A stretch of 64,000 bases of DNA from Rebecca billardiae RCC1528. Lineage: Eukaryota > Protista > Haptophyta. The position numbers and the translations under genes are program-made. A model generated the notes under the pieces. It ran no database searches, was not told the origin of the DNA, and saw only the letters and a list, made by a program, of their open reading frames with translations. The stretch is taken from contig OZ251243.1 of assembly GCA_965240325.2 (NCBI GenBank), forward strand, positions 434,001 through 498,000. The letters are read 5' to 3'. Within the stretch, counting starts at the first letter, position 1; every line of letters starts with the position of its first letter. Of this stretch, positions 56,565-64,000 are shown in pieces.

Positions 56565-57672
56565 AGGCTGCGCATGCTTTCATGTTATTGTATGGCGCAC
56601 ACCTTCATGCGCGCAGCACACGCGGGGTGTGCCGCAAGGGCACACACCGCTGCCGTGCTTCTGACGGGGTGTGCACCCTTGCGGCTCGCAGCGCCGGCCT
56701 GCCGCGCGCGCGGGACCCGGCCGCCCGCTGAGCCCACCGCCGTACGGTGACGGCTGAGAGTACTGACGCGGGACTCGGCTCAGGTCGGCTTCCCGAATCC
56801 CGCCCGGGCGGGATCGGGCATCGTCGGCCATCCACCCATCCCAGTCTCTGAGTGCAGCTCCGCCAGGCCTAATCCGTTAAGACGGTGCCGACTATAGTAC
56901 TATCGCCGGTCCGGCCCGCGCGAATTGAGCGGCTTGTACCGGTCGATTGGACCGGTCATCAGACCGATCTGATATATATATGTATATATATATATATATA
57001 ATTGCCAGCCATAGCAGCTGCCACTAGTGACTGGTATTGGCCGCGTTATTAGTGCCACGCCAACGCCGATTATCAATCACGCGGTTAATGCACCGAAGTG
57101 TTCAATAATAGCGGACGATCGCCGCCATCGCGGCGGGCCCGGACCGCCGCTGCGGCGAACAAGGCGCCTGACGAATTATCAGGCCAGACCTGCCGCCAGA
57201 AGTCCTGGCGTCGTACCTGTGTCGTTATTAAATAATATATATATATATAGCTATATAGCTATAGCAGAATATGAGTCTGTATGGCCCGATCGGGTCTGTC
57301 TGTCTGAGTACGCTCATCACGACATGATTGATCAGATCACAATCATGATTCATTAATCTAAAGTATCATACGACGACACTCAGCATAGTAGTTACTAAGT
57401 AGTTAGTTCAGAGCAGCGGTCCAAGTGCGAGTCCCGCGGCCGCGCGCGGGCTGGCGGGTCGGACACTGACTTAAAGCAGTCCGCGCACGCCGCGTTGACG
57501 CGGCTGCTCCGCCAGCCCCGCCTCACGCCGCTCGTGGCACCGCGGGCCATTATTATAATAATATGAATATATATATGAATATATATGAATATATATATAT
57601 ATAGCAGTAGCTAGTTGTCCGACGAATAATGTCGGAATCATCTCAAGTACTAGCCGTGGTATTAAAAAACGC

Positions 57673-59061
57673 TCATGCCGAGGCGAGCCCGCCATTGATC
57701 TGTTTCACCAGCGAGCCGTGCAGCACTTTTACGCTTGCGCGGTCGAGCACTGGCTTGGCGGCGCGCACGATCGCACCCTCGCCGGCGCCTGCGCCCGCCG
57801 AGACCGCCTTTGCACCGACCTCGGCCCCTTTGAGGGCCAGATCAATGCCCGCCTGCAGCTTCTCCACCTGGAGGACGCGCCTCATGAGGAATTGCACCGA
57901 CACGTTGATGACCGTCTCGACCAGCCAGAGCAGGTTGGGCATGATGCGGTCTGCGTGCACGGCAAACGCGCCGAGCACGTTGCACAGCAGAACGCCCAGG
58001 GCGATCGCGGCGTCTCCCGCGCCGTTCATTCCCGCCATCAGAAGGACGAGGGCCTGCGCGAAGACTAGGCCAGTGAGCAGACCCGCCCACAGGAAGGGCA
58101 CAAGCGGCGTCGGCCGCTTGCTCCACGCCGGGAACACCTCGTCGACGCGTGGGATGAGCGCCATCACCTCGCGCAGCGCTTGGCGCAGCGGGGTGAAGAG
58201 CACTTTGACCACCCTGCCCACGAGCCGCTCGGGCACGCCGATGGAGACGACCAGGCTCGAGATCGTGTTGGGCAGCACCTCGAGCAGCTCCGAGAACGCG
58301 TAGTCGATGATGTCACCCAGGTCTTGAAGCAGCACGGCGATGCCGCGCGCGATGGGCAGCGAGACAAAGTAGGCCTGGGCGACGATCGCGCTGAGCGCCA
58401 TGCACACGGCCACGTACGGCAGCAGGATCGAGACGAGCGGCCTCCACGGCGCAGCGAGCACGGGGCCGAGGAAGTCGAGCGTGGCTGCGATTGCCCAGCG
58501 GAGCGCGCCCCAGCCCGCGACCATCAGCACCGGCGCGACCGAGACGCGCACGCGTACCTTCTCCATGAGCCACACGATCGCGCTGCGCGTTGGCCTGCGG
58601 CAAGGGCCTGGGCAGCACGCGCACGTACTGCACGCGTAGCAGCCCCTCGGGCACGCGCAGAGGCACATGCAGAGGCAAGAGAGCCAGCATGGCCGCCGTG
58701 GCGGTGTCGGGGCCTGGGCCTCCAGATCAATCGTTGGCATGCGGTCCCCCAACTCCTTCAGCGCGCTGCCACCCGCGGCGGACGCCGCGGTGGCGGCCTG
58801 GGTGCCTGCGGCCGAGGCTTTGGCGACAGCCTGAGTGCTTGCGCCGGCAGCTGCGGCGCCCACGGGGCCAAGCGCGCGCGCCGACTTGCTGCCCATCTCC
58901 ATCAGGCCGCCTGTGGCGGTTCGCGCGAAGCCGGCGATCGCAGACTTGGGTCGCTCCTTACGCTCGGGCATCCTCAGCCGGACCGTGCACAGGCTGAGGA
59001 GCTTGTCCACGTCGATGAGTTTCTCATCGCCATCATCCGCCGCCCCTCCCTTTGCCGCCAT
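57673..59061 (-). CDS. Hypothetical multi-pass membrane protein with a Cys-rich segment
   Basis: Long ORF, several hydrophobic helices, CWLSCLCMCLCACPRGCYACSTCACCPGPC cluster. Confidence 0.72.
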   Translation of the reverse strand: MAAKGGAADDGDEKLIDVDKLLSLCTVRLRMPERKERPKSAIAGFARTATGGLMEMGSKSARALGPVGAAAAGASTQAVAKASAAGTQAATAASAAGGSALKELGDRMPTIDLEAQAPTPPRRPCWLSCLCMCLCACPRGCYACSTCACCPGPCRRPTRSAIVWLMEKVRVRVSVAPVLMVAGWGALRWAIAATLDFLGPVLAAPWRPLVSILLPYVAVCMALSAIVAQAYFVSLPIARGIAVLLQDLGDIIDYAFSELLEVLPNTISSLVVSIGVPERLVGRVVKVLFTPLRQALREVMALIPRVDEVFPAWSKRPTPLVPFLWAGLLTGLVFAQALVLLMAGMNGAGDAAIALGVLLCNVLGAFAVHADRIMPNLLWLVETVINVSVQFLMRRVLQVEKLQAGIDLALKGAEVGAKAVSAGAGAGEGAIVRAAKPVLDRASVKVLHGSLVKQINGGLASA

Positions 59062-59348
59062 CGCCGCCTGTGGGTGTACAGAACCACGGACGGCTGTTTC
59101 GACAAGACTTCGGCGCGCGGCCGCGCGCGGCGCCCGCCAAACGCGCGCCCAACGGTCGACACACCCTTTCGTCGGCGGCTGTTTCACGTCCTACGGTAGC
59201 CTCTCCCACCCGTGTACGTTACCGCAATTAGTTGGAAAGTAGTAAAACGGAAGCACTCGCCGCAGCTCCGCGCCTCATTTTTCATCGTGGCCGGCCCTGG
59301 CCAGCGTGTGTTCACTTGTGTCGGCGGCTTGGCCGCCATCGGCCACCG

Positions 59349-62213
59349 ATGAGCTCCGCCGACGCCTCCTCGACGGGCGATGAGGGCGGCGTGTCTCCCG
59401 ACGTGGTCCAATTCACGGCCGTGGTTGTCAGCCAGGCCACGGCTCTCGGCACGTGGTACGGCGCGTTTGTTGTCCTTCGCACACTCCGCCCGGCTCTCTT
59501 TGCGGGCGCGCGGCCAATGTCCGACATCTCGCGGGCGTCCAACGTGATCAGGTGGCTCGTGAGCGCGATCCGACTGGACGAGGAGACCATCCACGCGGCG
59601 AGCGGCATCGACGGCGTCCTGCACGTGCGCGTGGCCACGCTCCACGTGCAGCTGTGCGCGCTGCTGACTCTCACCTCACTTCCAGCCCTTCTTACCTACG
59701 CGCTCGCCGCGGACGCGGCATCGGGGTTTGGGCGCATCGCGCTCACGAACGTGCTGGTGGACTCAGGCGCGAGCTGGGCGCTGTGGGTGACCGTCATCAC
59801 CCTGTGGGCCAACACGCTCGGCGCGCTCATCTTGCTCGACCGGCACGACGAGCGCGCGGCCGGGTACGTGCTTCGCACGCTCAGGCGCACCGCGCCCCTC
59901 CACCAGTACGCCGTCGTGGTGCACGACCTGCCCGAGGGCGTGGGGCGGCGCGAGCTGCTCGAGCACTTCACGCGCGCGCACGGTGACGGCGCCGTCGCGG
60001 CGGTGCACATGATCCGCCCCCATGGCGCGCTCGACGGCGGCATGGCACTCGGCAAGTCGAGGGAGGCCAAGGGCCGAGCGAAGGCGAGTGGCGGCGTGGC
60101 GGCTGACGCGACGGCCGCGCACGAGAACGAGGCGGGTGCGGACGCGCGCAAGAGCAAGGGCGCGGCCGCGCCGCTCCTTGGGATGCTGCGCCCCAAAGGC
60201 GTGCGCGCCCTCACGACCGCGTACGTGCTGGCCCTCGGCGCTCTCGCGAACGCCGAGGCCGAGCCCGAGGCACCGGCCGAGGCACCCGCTGAGGCGCCGG
60301 CCGAGCCGGCAGCCGCGTCGGCCAAGCCGAGCGCAGGCGCAGCACGAGCCGGCCACGCCGCCGGGTCCGAGGGCAAGGGCGCGCTGGCGCGGTTCGGGCG
60401 GGGGAGCGAGCCCGTGAGCAAGGCGGTGAAGGCCCGCGCGCACGCGGAGGAGCTCCGCCAGCTCCTCGCCACCGAGCTCTCGCGCTACCCCGCTGTGCAG
60501 TACGATGGCTCGGGCGACGAAGGCGGCGCACTGCCGCGCGAGCCGCCCGCAGCGCCGGAGAAGTCCGGTGCGGGGCGCTCGCTCTTTGGCGGGCATGGGA
60601 GCGCGCATGCCCGAGGGCAGGGTCGAGCCCCGACGCGCGCCATCGCCTCCGCAGGCGCGCACGCCGAGCCGGCCCACGCGGACGTGCTGCCGGCGTCGCG
60701 CGCGCGCGCCGCTGTGGTTGTGTTTGCATCGCTCAGCGACGCGTCGACGGCCGTGGCCTCGGCAGCGACGGGCGGTCTGCGCGCGCTGCCAGCGGGGCGC
60801 GGGGGCGGCTCGACGGCGGCGTCGGTGTCGTGGACGCTCGTCGCCGCGCCCGAGCCGCGCGAGATCATCTGGCCTACTCTCGAGCTCATCCCGCCCCCGG
60901 CCAAGCGCCGCTCGAAGGCGCTCCTCCGTCTCGCCCTCCTAACCGGCCTGTTCATTTTCTTCTCGACGATTCTGGCGGCGCTGGTGAGCGCGTTCGTGGC
61001 CGTGGCGAGCTTCGCGGCGCAGGTGCCGAACGAGACGGTGCGCGGCGTGGTCGTCGTACTTGGCGGCATTGTGCCGCCCGCCATCCAGTCCGCCCTGCTC
61101 AGCGGCATGCCCGCCCTGCTCGACGTGCTCGCGCGCACGCTCGGAAGCCGTTGGACCGAGTCGACGGTCGCCACCGACGTGCAGACACAGTTCGCGTTTT
61201 TTCTGCGCCTCGTCGCCTTCTTCGTGCCGCTCGTTGTGGGCTCGGTGGCGTCGTCGCTGTTCGGCGCGCTCGTGGTGCTCGCGCAGCGCCCGCTCCTCCT
61301 CGTCGACCTCCTCGCCGCCGCCGCCCCGGCCAACGCGTACTTTTTGATGTCCTTCCTGTTGCTCAAGGCGGTCGGCGTGGCGACGGGGGCGACCGGGGTG
61401 TCAGCCGCTGCCGTTGCGTGGGCCAAGCAGCGCTACCTCGCGAGGACGCCGTTCCAGATGGCGGAGGCGCTGCGCGCGCCGACCAAGCGGGACATGCTGC
61501 GCGGCGCGTGGCTCGCCTACGCCTCGCTTGTCGCCCTCGCGTTCGCGCCCATCGCGCCGATTGTCGTGCCAGTGTGTGCCCTGTACGCGCTAGCGGCCGC
61601 GCTCGCCGCGAGACTGGAGGCGGGCGCGAGCGCGCGCGCGCACTTCGACTCGGCGGGCGTGCTCGCGCAGCTCGCGGCGCAGCAGCTGGCGGACAACGTG
61701 ACCATCGCCGCACTGATCGGCGTGGCCGTCATCGCGCTCGCCGGCCGCGGCGCCGGCTTCCTCCAGCTGATCCCGCTCGCGCCGCTGCCCGTGCCAATTG
61801 TCTACTTCCAGCTGCGCATGCGTCGGCGGCGCGGCGCGGCGCTCCAGGGACATGCGCGCGCGGGGCTGCTGGCGGAGGACGCGGCGGGCGTGGACGCAGC
61901 GCGGCCGCGCGGGCAGGTGGCGCACAATCACGCGCGGCTCGGAGGCGCGCTGCGGGCCTGGGCGCCGCCCTATGCCGCCGCAGCCGCCGACGCGGCGCAG
62001 GGCGCGGCCGCGGGCGCGCCGCCCGGCGCCTCCCTCGACGCCGACGCGGAGGCCGCGGCCGGTGAGGACGTCCAGGTGCGGCTCGCGGCCTGGCTCCGGC
62101 GCTACGAGGGGAGCGAGGCGGTTGCTTATATCGCTGGTGATGGGACCAAGCCAGCCAGCTCCGCGCAGCCGCCGGCCGCCCGCAGCCGCAAGCTGTGGAG
62201 CAACAGGGTGTAA
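59349..62213 (+). CDS. OSCA/TMEM63 (CSC1/ERD4-like) mechanosensitive channel family protein, divergent
   Basis: IHAASGIDGVLHVR (RSN1_TM-like), QYAVVVHDLP, AAVVVFAS..APEPREIIWPTL, followed by a multi-TM C-terminal region. Confidence 0.8.
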   Translation: MSSADASSTGDEGGVSPDVVQFTAVVVSQATALGTWYGAFVVLRTLRPALFAGARPMSDISRASNVIRWLVSAIRLDEETIHAASGIDGVLHVRVATLHVQLCALLTLTSLPALLTYALAADAASGFGRIALTNVLVDSGASWALWVTVITLWANTLGALILLDRHDERAAGYVLRTLRRTAPLHQYAVVVHDLPEGVGRRELLEHFTRAHGDGAVAAVHMIRPHGALDGGMALGKSREAKGRAKASGGVAADATAAHENEAGADARKSKGAAAPLLGMLRPKGVRALTTAYVLALGALANAEAEPEAPAEAPAEAPAEPAAASAKPSAGAARAGHAAGSEGKGALARFGRGSEPVSKAVKARAHAEELRQLLATELSRYPAVQYDGSGDEGGALPREPPAAPEKSGAGRSLFGGHGSAHARGQGRAPTRAIASAGAHAEPAHADVLPASRARAAVVVFASLSDASTAVASAATGGLRALPAGRGGGSTAASVSWTLVAAPEPREIIWPTLELIPPPAKRRSKALLRLALLTGLFIFFSTILAALVSAFVAVASFAAQVPNETVRGVVVVLGGIVPPAIQSALLSGMPALLDVLARTLGSRWTESTVATDVQTQFAFFLRLVAFFVPLVVGSVASSLFGALVVLAQRPLLLVDLLAAAAPANAYFLMSFLLLKAVGVATGATGVSAAAVAWAKQRYLARTPFQMAEALRAPTKRDMLRGAWLAYASLVALAFAPIAPIVVPVCALYALAAALAARLEAGASARAHFDSAGVLAQLAAQQLADNVTIAALIGVAVIALAGRGAGFLQLIPLAPLPVPIVYFQLRMRRRRGAALQGHARAGLLAEDAAGVDAARPRGQVAHNHARLGGALRAWAPPYAAAAADAAQGAAAGAPPGASLDADAEAAAGEDVQVRLAAWLRRYEGSEAVAYIAGDGTKPASSAQPPAARSRKLWSNRV

Positions 62214-62376
62214 ACAGTCTGTGTGACTTGAGACTGTCTCGATCTACAGATCGGCCGAGGCCCGAGAGCCGAAGGGATCCGGTCGGGACCGGGACGCGGA
62301 GCCGCCCGCGGACGAGGAATACGAACGGCAGATTTATTCATCAGATCAGCCAGCAGGAAAAACACCCGCCGCCAGC

Positions 62377-63029
62377 ATGTCGCTGCACGAGAGAGTGCCC
62401 GTCGCCTCCATTGGCAGCACGGCTGCCGGCCTCCTCTTCGGCGTGGGATGGTACGTGTGGATCGATGGGTGCGCGACAGCTGAAGACGGCGTCAAAGGCG
62501 AGTACTGGGTACGTCGCGGGCGCGCCCTGAGCGCCTGTGGCGGACCCTTTTGACGCGTGCTGCACCCGCGCGGGGCTGCGCTTGCAACGCGCAGATCCCG
62601 GGCGTGCTGCAGACCATCGCGCTCGTGATGGTGAATGTGCTCAACTGGGGCATGCTGAGCGACGACGCAGCCTTCGACACGGACAACTCCGCCGCCATGG
62701 CGAAGTGCTGGGTGTTTTTCGCCTTTCTGGTGGCGTTTTCGGGCGTGATTGGCGCCGTGTGGATCATGGTGGAGGAGAACAATGCGTCATCTGGCAAGGG
62801 TGCAATGTGGGCATCAGTCGCGGGGTGAGGGCTCGCCAGCACGCGCGCAGGCGGCCGAGGGCACGCCATGTGCGCGCGCGCGCAGACCATGCGCGCGGGC
62901 GGTGTGATGACCGCGACCGCGCCACATGCGATGCCCGCCACGCGCAGGCTGTTGCAAAATGTGTTCATCTTCATGAGCTCGCTCATCTTCCGATTCGCGC
63001 GCATGCAGACTGAATCGTCTGGGTTCTGA
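62377..63029 (+). CDS. TMEM50/Vps68 (UPF0220) family protein; introns 62509-62594 and 62825-62947
   Basis: Spliced product AGLLFGVGWYVWIDG..YW|IPGVLQTIALVMVN..AKCWVFFAFLVAFSGVIGAVWI..G|LLQNVFIFMSSLIFRF. Confidence 0.88.
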
Positions 63030-63839
63030 TCATTGACAACGCGCGCCTCGCGAGGTCTACCCTGGGAGCGGAGCCGTGCGGGCATGGACACTGGCACCTG
63101 GGAGTGGGAGTTGCTGATCATAATAATACGGGACGGCCGGAGCGGCCATGCTGACGGATGGCGCCGACGGTGGTGGGTGCAGAGGGGCCGGGCGGTGCCT
63201 GCTCTGGAGCTCGGTGGCCCGTCCGTGGGCCTCTCCGCAGCCCGCGGACAAGTCCTGATGGCCGGTGCCAGTGATGTCAGTGATGAGTGTAAAGGCCCCA
63301 GAAGGCCTCTGATGAGCGCCATTGAGTGCGATCGGGCCAGTGACCAAGTCCCTGGCACCGCGGCAGGCGGCGGTGACTACGGGTGCTAGCAGACTGAGTA
63401 CCGTCGTCCGCCGAGTCGGCGGAGTCGGATAAGTTATAAATTAGTTTCACTCGGGCCGTCCGATTCCGAATTCGGTCATCAAGTGAAAGACTACTCGGAC
63501 CGGTCGTGACTTGACCCCCCGGATAAGGGCAAGGCCAATTATATTGCCAATAAGGCCCACGCGTCAGGACGCGGGACGGCCGCCGGCGGAGGGCCAGGCA
63601 CGTCGGACCCGTCGCGGACAGCCGATGATCAGCTCACGGACCGCGGATCCGAGTATTAGCAGAATCTAAGCAGACAGTGCAGTCCCGACTATCACTATCA
63701 GTATGCTGATTGACCCGGCGGGTACACTCTGAGTCTGACTCTGTCTGTCACTACTAACGACTACTAATGTCTGATCTATAGTTTAGTGTCAGTGACGAGT
63801 CGTGCCAGTCTACTATATATATACGGTATATATATGTGT

Positions 63840-63849
63840 CGTGTGTGTG

Positions 63850-63891
<42 letters not shown>
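63840..63891. repeat. (GT)n microsatellite
   Basis: Seen directly. Confidence 0.95.
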
Positions 63892-63897
<6 letters not shown>

Positions 63898-64000
63898 CCG
63901 ACTAGTCTGTCTGTCTGTCTACGTATCCCGCCCGGCTCCGGGCTTCCGCGCCCCCTCCCGCCCTCGGCCCTCCACGAGGACCGCCCGCCGGGAGACTCAG

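Overview
GC-rich eukaryotic nuclear DNA with short GT-AG introns (often GTGCGC...CGCAG) and AT/AG-microsatellite intergenic spacers. Composition and gene content suggest a haptophyte-like alga such as Pavlovales (inference only). About 18 protein-coding genes are supported: MYND finger protein, multi-GAF protein, TupA-like ATP-grasp, two-pore channel-like protein with EF-hand, NEK kinase, F-box protein, EcKL/APH-like kinase, two FkbM methyltransferases, EsV-1-7 repeat protein, MST/Hippo-like kinase with a SARAH-like tail, CPSF2, a Cys-rich small protein, DUF72, phosphoglycerate dehydrogenase, OSCA/TMEM63, TMEM50/Vps68 and hypotheticals. The most unusual content is non-coding mobile DNA. (1) A 4.6-kb element at 26952-31559 has split direct repeats (A1-internal-B1-A2-B2) and an internal higher-order tandem array, resembling a non-autonomous tyrosine-recombinase retroelement; it abuts an EsV-1-7 repeat gene. 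(2) Three unrelated ~0.9-kb inverted-repeat elements are stacked end to end at CTAT/ATAG junctions (18872-21641). (3) A family of ~1.6-kb elements has asymmetric ends flanked mostly by TTA/TAA and unrelated interiors. No transposase, reverse transcriptase or recombinase ORF was recognised, and no rRNA, tRNA or CRISPR array. Coordinates were read by eye and may be off by a few bases.
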